Position numbers and translations under genes: made by a program. A stretch of DNA of 59,728 nt, counting the filler, from Nemertoderma westbladi (lineage: Eukaryota; Animalia; Xenacoelomorpha), in the NCBI GenBank assembly GCA_032718475.1. It is 3 parts of 3 records of this genome, joined end to end, with 100 filler letters (N's around TTAATTAATTAA, not from the genome) between each part and the next. Parts side by side here need not be neighbours in the genome. Positions count along the whole stretch, not along the records: positions 1 to 29,666 come from JAUCBJ010008160.1; 2 more parts are not named here. One strand, given 5' to 3'. Shown here one piece after another: positions 11,577 to 21,445 of the stretch (position 1 is the stretch's first letter; each line of letters starts with the position of its first letter). Under the pieces are notes generated by a model, which worked only from the letters and a program-made list of their open reading frames with translations, did no database searches and was not told where the DNA came from.

Positions 11577-11894
11577 ATATATCTTTTAAGCCTCCCGTAA
11601 ATATTTTAGATGTTGGATAATGATGTCTACATGGAGCGTGAAGGGTGTATGTCTTTTGCCCGCTCAACCATTTCTGGGCTTGTGCTGGTTTGATGTTTGC
11701 AGCTTTTGCTAATTTTGCAACACTTGCAAATCCCGCAGGGGATGAAGGATCTAAATAAATTCTTAACAGTTTTTTGTCTAAGCTTCGGCTTAAAATCGGT
11801 TTCATCTTGCGTGGCATCTTTTCGACAACCGCAAGTAATATGTATATTCAAATCTCTTATAAAGGGCATCACCGTAAGAACAACTGAAATTTTT

Positions 11895-12039
11895 TAATTA
11901 TTTTCTTTGAAGTTGATGTTTTGAAGGGTTTTCTTTTTGTAGTATTTACTCTAGGTATATCTTGAGGTTTTAAATCAGTAGCTAACGGTTTACTCGATAC
12001 TAAATATAATTTTCTAAATGTTACTCCTGTTTTAACCAT
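11895..12039 (-). CDS. Short Polinton ORF (MVKTGVTFRKLYLVS...), possibly truncated
   Basis: The ATG follows the upstream stop as TAAtaATG. About 48 codons; 3' end approximate. Confidence 0.35.
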
Positions 12040-12041
12040 TA

Positions 12042-12425
12042 TTACCGTCCACGGTTAATTTTTTTCGCAATAGCTGCTCCAGCGGCGGCTGCACCAGCAC
12101 TCGCGGCGAGTTTCGCACCAATGCCGAGTAAGGGTATTAGAAACGGTAGTATGCCTCCAGATTGATTGCTTAACTTTTTTCTGTAACTTGATATATTTTT
12201 TGTTTTACGGTTGAGTGATTTCAATACCTTCTTATAGCGGCGAATATTTCTAAATGAATGAGGGGTTAATTGTACGTTACCTTTTAGAACATTTAATGCA
12301 ATATTTACAATGAGCCGTATTAATTCGTTACTCGTGGTATGGTTAATAAAATAAGTTCTTTGTTGAGGGGTAGCGCTGCGTAGAAATTCCAGTTCGTTAT
12401 GATATTTCTGCACAAGTCTATTCAT
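12042..12425 (-). CDS. Small basic Polinton virion protein with QSGG site and hydrophobic/amphipathic tail
   Basis: ELIRLIVNIALNVLKGNVQLT..L..YKKVL..L..KKL..QSGG-ILPFLIPLL resembles the conserved small ORF found between ATPase and integrase in animal Polintons. Confidence 0.75.
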   Translation of the reverse strand: MNRLVQKYHNELEFLRSATPQQRTYFINHTTSNELIRLIVNIALNVLKGNVQLTPHSFRNIRRYKKVLKSLNRKTKNISSYRKKLSNQSGGILPFLIPLLGIGAKLAASAGAAAAGAAIAKKINRGR

Positions 12426-12462
12426 TGTTGCAACATTATTGAAAATTGTTACAAAATATTAA

Positions 12463-13137
12463 TTATTTATTATTATTATTATTATTTTCGCTACGTTTAT
12501 AGTCAATGTAATTTTTAATGTAACAATTATGATTACGAAATATATCCGATCTAAATCTTAAATGTTCGGGTGTTTCCTGTCGTAAATCAATTAAGAAATG
12601 CGAAAATGGTTCAATAGTCGCATCTTGATAGGAATCTACTAAAAATTTGGTCTGCCCTGGTAACATCTGCTTCGCGAAATTTAAAACCGATAAACTGTCT
12701 CGCGGATTTTTCATTAATACTAAAGTATGGCTATTAATTGATCTTGTGCGGTTATGCTTCCCACCGTAAAACATGTTTTGCGTTATAAAACAAATAAATA
12801 TATTGGAATGATGAGCTACCTTAGTAAACAATACAGTTAAAGCTGTACTGGACTCAGTTTCTGTTAATAAATCATCTATAATTAATAAATCTCGACTATT
12901 CACTAAACTATCTATATTTTCGGGCAAACCGTAAAGGTGAGTAATACCAGGAATAGTCGGGGGATTGCTCCCGTAACAATACAATACTCGCAAGGGGGCT
13001 TCGTTGAAACAACCATTCTTGTGTTTAATTAAATTACTGACAAACGTTGACTTTCCAGAACTAGATGGCCCAGAAATTATCATACTCGTTCCCATTTGAA
13101 AGTTTAAATTATATGGACCTGAATTAAAGTCAGCCAT
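12463..13137 (-). CDS. A32/FtsK-HerA-like DNA packaging ATPase
   Basis: Walker A GPSSSGKS, Walker B LLIIDD, FITQN, R..SINSH.LVLMKNPRD and LIDL.Q.TPEHLRFR. Confidence 0.93.
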   Translation of the reverse strand: MADFNSGPYNLNFQMGTSMIISGPSSSGKSTFVSNLIKHKNGCFNEAPLRVLYCYGSNPPTIPGITHLYGLPENIDSLVNSRDLLIIDDLLTETESSTALTVLFTKVAHHSNIFICFITQNMFYGGKHNRTRSINSHTLVLMKNPRDSLSVLNFAKQMLPGQTKFLVDSYQDATIEPFSHFLIDLRQETPEHLRFRSDIFRNHNCYIKNYIDYKRSENNNNNNK

Positions 13138-13360
13138 TTATTATTATTATTAAGATATATCAACAATACAATATAATATAATATAAATATCAATATCAAT
13201 AAACCATCACCATTACTATGTATATAACAATAATTGATGCAACTACAATATTAGAGTACTGTATATTTAATTAACATATGACACAACTACGGTATGTGAC
13301 GCTCGCTGCAACAAAAGGTGCTATTTCCAATTATAGTATAGACTCATTTTCAATGTAATT

Positions 13361-13825
13361 TCAAGCATGGTGAGCATCTTTATACGCGAAATAATGATAG
13401 GTAACATCGGCGGTTTGGAAATCACTTCCCGAGAATTTCGCACTAATGATTTTTTTATGTTCGCTGCTAAAAAAATAAGGAATATAGTAGCAACACCGTC
13501 GTACTACATTTCTATAAAAAATATTTTCCAATATTGTAAATAAATCTCCTGGATCATTACTTTCCGCAGAAATATAAGTTATATTGCGAAGCTCTTTCCA
13601 ATAATAGGGTTGGTATCTTGCCAACTTTTTATTAAACTTAGATATGGGTGCGCGACAAATAGGACAAATTTTAGAACAATAATTATTCATTTCGGAATAT
13701 TGTACAATACATTGTACGCAAGTTGCATGTTTATTTTCACATTTATAATAATCTCGATGTTGTTGTAATAACTTAGAATAGCAAACTGGACATTTTTCAT
13801 TTAAAATATCAATTTTCCAAATTTT
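13361..13825 (-). pseudogene. C3HC4 RING-finger protein, 5' end lost at the LINE junction
   Basis: The frame is open upstream of the listed ORF and reads CPVC..CENKHATCVQC..CPICR. No ATG before the LINE (TA)n tail. Confidence 0.75.
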
Positions 13826-13984
13826 ATATATATATTTAAAGATACACCCCCAGCCGGGGTAAAAATTGTAAAATTTGATTAAATAGTGATTATTAGTAAA
13901 AAAAAAAAAAACCGCATGATAAAAGATAATACCAGTTAAGTATTGTCTGTTTGTGGGGCGAGCCGTGTTGTGAAGGAAACTAAT

Positions 13985-16837
13985 TTATGAGAGTGACAGC
14001 ACCGAGAGAGGAGGACATTGAGGGCAATGAAGCGCATGGTAACGCGACTGGGACGATTCCATACAGAATCTGCAGACGCAGCTAGAGGAGAGTTCATGGA
14101 ACCCCCGGTTGTTCAGACACAGCTTGTGGTGAAATCCATGGGCTGTCGCTCGCGCGACCAGGTGCCGGTTCTTCTGACCAGGCTTCTTCCACGTTGCCGA
14201 GGAGAAAGCTGGGCCATCGGAGTATTGTTCGGCGACAAAGTTTGCATCTCTCTCGGCGCGAAACTCTCTGTATGCAGCAAGAGTCTCCACGTTAAACGTT
14301 CCTGGGAACTTAACGGCGAGGTCCTCTACAAACGAATTCTCGTTGAGGAGGCGCAGGCAAAGTGTCGAGGAGGCAGATGTGTGAAGCCCTAGCATTCGTT
14401 TGAGGTGGGTTGTTTTAATAATATCCAAATCTTTAAGATGCTGTAGCCGTAGATATTTACCAATTTCCTTAATTGCGTATGAAGCTATGGGGGAGATTTT
14501 CATTTGGAACACATTTATGCCAGTTTCAGTAGACAGTAGAGGTAGATTGTTAAGGGAGCCGATGACGCTACAGGCTGATTTCTTTTTTGCCTTTATGTGC
14601 TCGGTGAAACTCAAGGACGACTGAAGAGTGACCCCAAGATATTCATATTGATTAGCAATAATCACCGGTTTATTGTCGTAGTGGAACATATCGGTAGCGG
14701 CCAATCGGCCACCCCTTCTGAACTTTACAACCTTTGTTTTGACTAGATTTACACTCATTCCATTGGCTACACACCATTTATACAAAATGTCTAATACAAG
14801 TTGAATGTCTTCGCGGTTACTTGCATAGATTGCCAAGTCATCGGCATAAAATATAAACTTTATGAGGGCGACGGCGTTTCGAATAGCATTGGCGAGGTTT
14901 GCGATGTATAAAATGAAGCAGGTTGGTGATAGGCAGTCCCCTTGTAAAACTCCACGTAATTGATTTATTATATTCGATAGTCTGAGGCCATCAAATATTC
15001 GGATTTTGTTATGAGTCAACGCCTTTATTAGGTCGTAAATCTTACCTCTGATGCCAAAATTGTGTAGTTTCCATAGTAGCACTGACCTGCTGATTGAATC
15101 AAAGGCCTTTCGGAAATCGACAAACAAAACATAAGTATTTCGGTTCTTAGGGTTAGGGCTTTTCAGAGCTTCTGCGATATCGCTTATTAACTGACTAATG
15201 GCTCCCATTGTAGACCTTCCCGGAGTGAACCCGAATTGCTCCTGAGGTATCGAGGTCGGCGGGATATTAAAACGAATTCTCTTATTTATTATGGATGTCA
15301 GGGTCTTAAGAAGTACACATAGAAGTGCGATCCCTCGGTAATTGTCAGGATTTGTTATGGTTCCTTTTCCCTTGTAGAGTATAATGATAAAGCTTTCGAG
15401 CCAAATACAAGGCAGAGTTCCTACATTTAAACAGGCGTTGTAGATCAGAGTGAGGAAGGTTAGGATGATAGGCAGCCCTTGCTTCAGATGCTCGTAAAAT
15501 AGTCGATCGGGTCCACTGGCTTTATTGTTTGCAGCCTCATTGATTACTGATTTAATTTCAGCCCCTGTGATTGGTTCGTTAAACCATTCCTGTTCAGTCC
15601 TTTCCTGCTCTGTAGTGTAAGGTATATTTGGGCAGTCCGGGGGATCATTGGCGCAGCCTAGGAGATCTTCGAAATGTGTTTCTAGTTGACCAGCTTCGAT
15701 GGGGGCCACTGTGGGTTTGCGGTCTCGGAAGAGATCCCAAGGTTTAACTTCAGCTTTACTCAGCTTCTCAGTCAATTGTTGTTCCTCGAATAATTCGCGT
15801 TTACTCTTTATAACCAGTTTATATTGTTTCCGTAATTCCCAAAAGCGTTGTTTATTATTATCCGACTCATTTCGTTTTGTCATTGCTTCTACAAGACTGG
15901 CCTTGAGAACTTTACATTCTGCGTCGAACCATGGTTTATTAGAGTGTTTATGTGAGCGTTTCGGTACAGTTGAGTTTACTATGGCATTGGTTAGTAGTTC
16001 GTTAGCCGCATCCAGATCATTGTTATTTATTGACTCAATAATTACTTCCCCATGTAAGTTAGATATGAGTTGATTGACATCTAACTTCCTACCTAGCTGA
16101 GAAGGTCTACCTCTCATTATTAGACCATTATTAGGCGACGGGAGATGAAGAGTAACTGACGCGCGTTGGTGTTTTCGTATGGGATCGTTTTTTATTGAAA
16201 CTATCGGGATACATTGGGGAACAGCACCAGGATATTTAATGTAGAGTATATCAATAGCACTTTCACCTTGCGGGGAAACATAAGTTGATACATCATTATC
16301 GTTAAGAATGATAAATCCGAGGTTTTGTAAGTGGTCAGTTAGTTCCAATCCACGGGTTCCCGAGTCCAACCGGCAGTTGAAGTCACCACCGATTAGAATA
16401 GACCTGGAGCTATCAGTGTGCGATAGCGAATGGTTGACATCCAGAATAATATCTGCAATTTGTGTGATGGGTACGAAATAATAAACGATGAAGAATGCTA
16501 TATCTGTTTTAACAATTATACATGAGTCGTTCTTGTAAATCAGTGAGGGGTTGAGCTCTGGCTTTGCGAGAGTAATCAACCCACCCGTGGGCCGCCCTCG
16601 TGTTGGCTTTGTTGCAGGTTGTACAAAGGAATAATATCCCTCGCAATTGACGGAGTCCTCTACCCATAAGGATTCTGTAAGTAGTATAACATCATCGCCC
16701 CTGTATAGCTCACGTCCCGTTAGACATTTAGATACATATTCAAATCCTTCAATATTCCAGAGGGAAACATTAATGTTTTGACTCTTATTATTAATGGATG
16801 CATTGGAGTTGTTTCTTAGAGTTGTTGAGTCGGACTG
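13985..16837 (-). CDS. LINE ORF2: AP endonuclease, reverse transcriptase and C-terminal zinc finger; no initiator ATG
   Basis: Open from 16837: WNIEG, LLTES, GRPTGG, GGDFN, YRGIAL, VDFRKAFD, GVLQGDCLSP, YADD, CRFC..H..HC. Confidence 0.9.
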   Translation of the reverse strand, partial: QSDSTTLRNNSNASINNKSQNINVSLWNIEGFEYVSKCLTGRELYRGDDVILLTESLWVEDSVNCEGYYSFVQPATKPTRGRPTGGLITLAKPELNPSLIYKNDSCIIVKTDIAFFIVYYFVPITQIADIILDVNHSLSHTDSSRSILIGGDFNCRLDSGTRGLELTDHLQNLGFIILNDNDVSTYVSPQGESAIDILYIKYPGAVPQCIPIVSIKNDPIRKHQRASVTLHLPSPNNGLIMRGRPSQLGRKLDVNQLISNLHGEVIIESINNNDLDAANELLTNAIVNSTVPKRSHKHSNKPWFDAECKVLKASLVEAMTKRNESDNNKQRFWELRKQYKLVIKSKRELFEEQQLTEKLSKAEVKPWDLFRDRKPTVAPIEAGQLETHFEDLLGCANDPPDCPNIPYTTEQERTEQEWFNEPITGAEIKSVINEAANNKASGPDRLFYEHLKQGLPIILTFLTLIYNACLNVGTLPCIWLESFIIILYKGKGTITNPDNYRGIALLCVLLKTLTSIINKRIRFNIPPTSIPQEQFGFTPGRSTMGAISQLISDIAEALKSPNPKNRNTYVLFVDFRKAFDSISRSVLLWKLHNFGIRGKIYDLIKALTHNKIRIFDGLRLSNIINQLRGVLQGDCLSPTCFILYIANLANAIRNAVALIKFIFYADDLAIYASNREDIQLVLDILYKWCVANGMSVNLVKTKVVKFRRGGRLAATDMFHYDNKPVIIANQYEYLGVTLQSSLSFTEHIKAKKKSACSVIGSLNNLPLLSTETGINVFQMKISPIASYAIKEIGKYLRLQHLKDLDIIKTTHLKRMLGLHTSASSTLCLRLLNENSFVEDLAVKFPGTFNVETLAAYREFRAERDANFVAEQYSDGPAFSSATWKKPGQKNRHLVARATAHGFHHKLCLNNRGFHELSSSCVCRFCMESSQSRYHALHCPQCPPLSVLSLS

Positions 16838-17617
16838 TCAATTAGAGTTGATCACTGCCCCTCTTTGATCATCGCGTCGTCTGAGCCCGAACGATTCACG
16901 CTCGTCGTCCGAGAGTCTGTAGTTCCGGATGGATATACCCTCATTCCACAGCGACGGGTTCATGAGAGTGTCACGTTGGTCCTGCTTGCACACTAGGTGG
17001 AAGCTGATAAACGGGGAGTCGAGCCGTGGTTCGACAGGGATAACGTCGTCGATCTGAATGTCCTCGTCCGTCAGATGCGCCGTTATGTCTTCCTTTGTTA
17101 CCGTGGGGTGGAGTCGCCCAATATGGATGTGGGCCTGTTGTTCGGCATTGGTCCGACGTTGAGCGGCTTCAGCGACACGTAAATTTCCTCCTTGCGGCCT
17201 GCTACCCATGATCGTTGTTTGGCGTCGAGCACGGGAAGCCATGCCGGGAACAACGGGTGTCGGTGCTCGTTGTCGGCTATAGTCTCTCACACCGCTGTCG
17301 GGCGCTGTCGGTGCGCTAGTCAGCCGGTGTTGGCTCGGATCAGGGAAGTCTGTCAGCGCGTTGCGGTAACGGGATTGGTGGGTTTGGTCGCTCAGTTCCT
17401 GCAGTTGGTCCTTGCATTTTATTACCTCATCCTTCGCAGCAATTGTTTGTTCTCTCGCCTCGTTCAACTTCCCCAGTGTTACAGTGAACAATGACGTCAT
17501 CGACATCAGTGTGTTGATAAAAGTCTTCTCCTCGTCATGGGTAACATTCTTCTTCCCCTTGATCGTCCGCAGTTGTGATATCGCTTCGTTTTGCAATTTA
17601 ATAAATTCCTCCGCCAT
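16838..17617 (-). CDS. LINE ORF1: coiled coil plus RRM-like domain
   Basis: ATG at 17617. IHIGRLHP..T.EDI..HL...SFHL...LMNPSLWNEGISIRNY is an ORF1 RRM-like pattern. Confidence 0.8.
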   Translation of the reverse strand: MAEEFIKLQNEAISQLRTIKGKKNVTHDEEKTFINTLMSMTSLFTVTLGKLNEAREQTIAAKDEVIKCKDQLQELSDQTHQSRYRNALTDFPDPSQHRLTSAPTAPDSGVRDYSRQRAPTPVVPGMASRARRQTTIMGSRPQGGNLRVAEAAQRRTNAEQQAHIHIGRLHPTVTKEDITAHLTDEDIQIDDVIPVEPRLDSPFISFHLVCKQDQRDTLMNPSLWNEGISIRNYRLSDDERESFGLRRRDDQRGAVINSN

Positions 17618-17885
17618 TACAAAATAATTAAAATTAAGTATCAAAAAAATTAAAGTACAAAATAAAAAGTAAAAAAGTAGTAAAAAATAGTAAAAAATTA
17701 AGTACCAAATTAAGTGTTAATATCTGAATACAGCTTCTAGAGTCAGTCACTAAAAGTAATATTAAATATTATTCTATATTAGTCCAATATTATTATTAAA
17801 TTGAATTGACTAGGCTTTATAATTGTTTCAATTATTCTCGTTTCCAATATTCACAATTTTTAATCTACTACATTACTTTCTCTAG

Positions 17886-18346
17886 GCGATCAATCACAAC
17901 CATCCCCTGATGATCACGGAAGTGTGAATATTTCCTTCGACCAACCTGGTCCCTCTGGGATTCAACCCAAGGATATTGTGAAAAGAAGCCGCACCAATGA
18001 GCAGCCCTTCGGCTGTGATACATGTGGTAAGACGTTCCCATGGAACAGCCAACTAATTATACACCAACGGGTCCACACCGGCGAGCGTCCATACCAATGT
18101 GGTATCTGCTACAAACGATTCGCTCAAATAAGCAACCTAACCGCGCACAAACGGACCCACAGTGGGGAGAGACCGTATAGCTGCAATGAGTGTCCTAAAC
18201 GTTTCACTGAACGAAACAATCTAACCAAGCATACGCGGACTCATTCCGGTGTGCGGCCGTACGTGTGCGACACGTGCAGGAAATGTTTCTCCCACCGACA
18301 TCAAGTAAAGCGCCACAAATGTATCCGCAGTGGGGAGACTCGGTAA
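17886..18346 (+). pseudogene. Orphan last exon of a C2H2 zinc-finger gene (copy A, 3 C2H2 plus terminal C2HC)
   Basis: Acceptor ttctctAG at 17884-17885, TGERPY linkers, paralogous to 23864-24525 including the 3' UTR. No upstream exon is seen. Confidence 0.8.
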
Positions 18347-18477
18347 CTGTAATGTTTGTAAGAAACGTTTCTCAGCTTCCATGTATATTGGTAGACACTA
18401 TTGCACCCTGGTTGCAGTTTAAACTAGTAAACTATGTATGACGTTAGTTGTAGATTGAACTGCTACATGTCAGTACT

Positions 18478-20657
18478 TACAACTATGCTTATTCCCCAGA
18501 AGTTAGTTATTTTCCCAGTTATTTAACCCGCGGGCAGGAAACAACCCGAGGGCGAAGCCCGAGGGTGTTCCTGCCCAAGGGTTAAATAACTGGGAAAATA
18601 ACTAACTTCTGGGGAATAAGTAAGTTGTTACACATGTACTGTGGTATACATTTCGATTATTTTTTTCCCTTAACAACTATTTACAGATTCTAAAAGGGCA
18701 TTGTTTGGGGGGAGAGTTTACAAAATGGGGCTTGGAAAGTTTTGGGGGTGTTTATATTGATTTTGCCCAAGGGCATTGGAAAATTTTCGGTGTGTTTCAC
18801 TTTAATTCATTAATTGCATAGGTGTTATTTTGCCCAAGGGAATAATAACACCCAAGCTCCAAAGGTAAAACATTAGGCCTACTGTGTCATGTATGTTGTA
18901 TAGCTCTATGCTTAATTCATCCAATCGCCGTAAGATTCGATCATCAAAAAAGCACCTGAATTTGTTAGTGAATATTGATGTCAAACTTATTTAAATGGTT
19001 TACATTCTAAAATTCCTATTTTCTTACATTGGCCGCTAGGAGTAACATTGCATAAACTTCAAATTGGATATATAACTATTTTGGCTGAATTAATTGAATA
19101 GTATTTTTGGTGGACATGTCATGTATCCACTACCCCCAGAAGGGGGGTGTATATCGTTCACATTAAATACATTTATTAGTACTGTATAAATAATTATTTA
19201 GTACTTAGGAAATTGTTAATTAATTTAATGGTTCTGGAATATATGAAGTTTATTAATAATATATATTATATGTATATGAATATATATTAATATAAATATA
19301 TTACTTAAAGCTACAAACATTTTCTATTTCGATGCTCTTTCAACACGAAAAATATTTTCACATTTACATCTTTCGCCGGGAAAAGTAAGTTCAATGCAAT
19401 CCTAGGCCTACTGTATGATTAACTATTATTCCCCAGGGAAAAAAGTAGGTACTTATTTTTCTCCACATTTTGAGCTATATTTAAGCTAACTAAATAGTAA
19501 CATTATAAGAATAACATTAATATTCCCATAGTAACGGGTTGTTATGCCAGTTTTAAAAGAAGGATGTCACTTAGAGTCGAACAACACCTATCTCCGCTCC
19601 ACTATATCAAAGTATGCCACTTAGAGTCGAACAACACCTATCTCCGCTCCACTATATCAAAGTATGGTCTAGAAAATGTAGTTTTGGCTAAGAACTGCAT
19701 AAAAGTAAAGTAAAGTTATATTTAAACGTGTAAGAAGAAACACCCGAGGCAACAACCCAAAGGCTCCATTATCTTGGCTATTATCTGTAACGCAGGGAAG
19801 GCACCACACTACTCCCAAGGTCGAGTACTCTGGTTATCTAACCATATTCTTTACTCCTTAACTCATGACAGGTTGCCATTAGCATACAGTACAACTGGAA
19901 GCTATCAAAAATTTGGCTGTTCTGGGGCTTGACCAGACCTTCCGCTTATAGAAGACCGGTCAATACTTTTTTTTACTTTAATATTAAAACGTTTCAATGT
20001 CTGTAATAAAAAGGAAAAGGCAGAAAGAGGCGAACGTATTTAAACGACATTCTTAGATATCTTTTTTTAAAATTTAGGAGGAAGGAACTGGAGAAACGCC
20101 TCACTGCAGTACGAGGTAGTACGGTACCTTGCAGCCTATATAAATACAGGCCAAACTAGACCTACCTGCAGGGCTGCAGACCTGGTACGGTGCGACTCTG
20201 GACTGTGACACTATGTAGGCCTACTGTACCGGTACCTCTTAATTTGCTGTGGAAATTGAAAGTTGTCATGGGTCAGTGCCGTCAGTATAATTCGTCAATA
20301 ATATGAGTATGACAATGAGGTGATTAATGAGACATAAATAGGCCTTGCTGTCTAGTGGAGCACAGCCCAATAATAATGAAACATGAAATACAAAACGCCC
20401 AATAATAATGAAACATGAAGTACAAAACTAGTTGGTGGTCTGAATACCTGATTTACACCCGATGTGACACACAACAGACCTAAGACGAGTACAGCAGCAA
20501 TACCGGTTCCTATGTTTGTATGTCAGTATGTGGTGTCACGATAAACACTTCACTACTAAGAGGGAATAACATGGTTATTTTGCCCTAGGGCAAAATAACT
20601 TTTTTGGCCGTAGCCCAGCATTAGGGATAGTTATCATCCCGCTATGTGTAACAACTC
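18478..20657. mobile_element. Non-autonomous element with a long terminal hairpin (Crypton-like)
   Basis: ~135-bp palindrome at 18487-18620 centred on cccgagggcgaagcccgaggg. agttgttacacat (~18623) is inverted at ~20644, and acaact is repeated at both ends. Family is inferred. Confidence 0.45.
19568..19666. repeat. 50-bp tandem duplication
   Basis: cacttagagtcgaacaacacctatctccgctccactatatcaaagtatg occurs twice. Confidence 0.95.
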
Positions 20658-20744
20658 TTGTTATATTAAAGGATGGGGATAGCGGTCCGATAAAGATCCA
20701 ACATTTTATTTCATAAAACTCCCAATAAAAATGTCAACTGTTTG

Positions 20745-20975
20745 CGGTTACGAAGTTACAAATCTAAGTTTCTGGTTTCGAATCTGAGTTATCAATTATG
20801 AATCTGAGAACCTGGTTACGAATTGGAGTTCCCAGTTACGAATCTCGGTACCTGGTTACCGTGTTTGGTTACCAAGATGAGCACCCAGTTACGAATTGAT
20901 GTATCTGGGTATGATGTGTAGTTACTGCTTACTGGTTACAAATCCGAGCACCCAGTTTTAAATCTGAGTTGCGGG
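20745..20975. repeat. Degenerate ~21-bp tandem repeat
   Basis: Recurring ggttacgaatctgag-like units. Confidence 0.6.
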
Positions 20976-21354
20976 TAATAAATTCAACTGAAACATTAAA
21001 CAAAACAGGACGATCGCAACGATGCTTGTAATGTAGACGAGTGATGCTTGTCTATAGTCCTAAACCACACGTCACGGACAATTTCGACACTTCGTATAGT
21101 TATAAACTAAAGGTTCCTTAGTTAGAAAAGCTCCTTTAGAATAAAATATTTTCAGAGAAAAAAAGGACGAGCGCAACGAGGCTTGAAAATTTAGACGAGT
21201 AGGGCTACTGAGTTAACTATACTGGACGGGTGGGTTTCTAGTATCTAATATAATTTAAATTAAAAAGTTATTGTAGCAAATTTACTATTTAAGAAAGCTG
21301 TAGGACATATGGCAAAATTATAAAATTGTAGAGAATTGGTGTCCACTGAATATA

Positions 21355-21445
21355 ATTGTGTTTTTATTTATTATAAACACAATTATTTATTATAAAAACA
21401 ATTATTTATTATAAACACAATTATTTATGATAAACACAATTATTA
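21355..21445. repeat. AT-rich ~19-bp tandem repeat
   Basis: aattatttattataaacac repeated 4-5 times. Confidence 0.75.

Larger units (their letters stand above)
8051..11817 (-). pseudogene. Polinton retroviral-type (rve) integrase with C-terminal chromo-like segment, split by an L2 LINE
   Basis: N-part 11577-11817 (YLDPSSPAGFASV..YTLHAP..GGLKDIY) joins C-part 8051-8898 (MIDLVDM, CIDAFSR, ATDQGSEF, VERFNRTL, EYLVRFIG) in frame once the LINE is removed. Confidence 0.9.
3101..13825 (-). mobile_element. Endogenous Polinton/Maverick (adintovirus-like) element, partial and decayed
   Basis: Compact, co-oriented, intronless cluster of major capsid, core protein, two minor capsids, rve integrase, small basic protein, A32 ATPase and RING. 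This content and order are typical of animal Polintons. Confidence 0.92.
13826..17750 (-). mobile_element. Apparently full-length non-LTR retrotransposon, RTEX-like
   Basis: ORF1, an APE-RT ORF2 with C-terminal Cys/His finger, and a 3' UTR ending ctttaaa(ta)n. 5' boundary approximate. Clade inferred from NYRGIAL, the ORF1 type and the tail. Confidence 0.85.

Noticed and set aside
19700-19960. Possible minus-strand SINE with a (TTTAC)n tail
   Set aside because: Pol III boxes were not convincingly identified.
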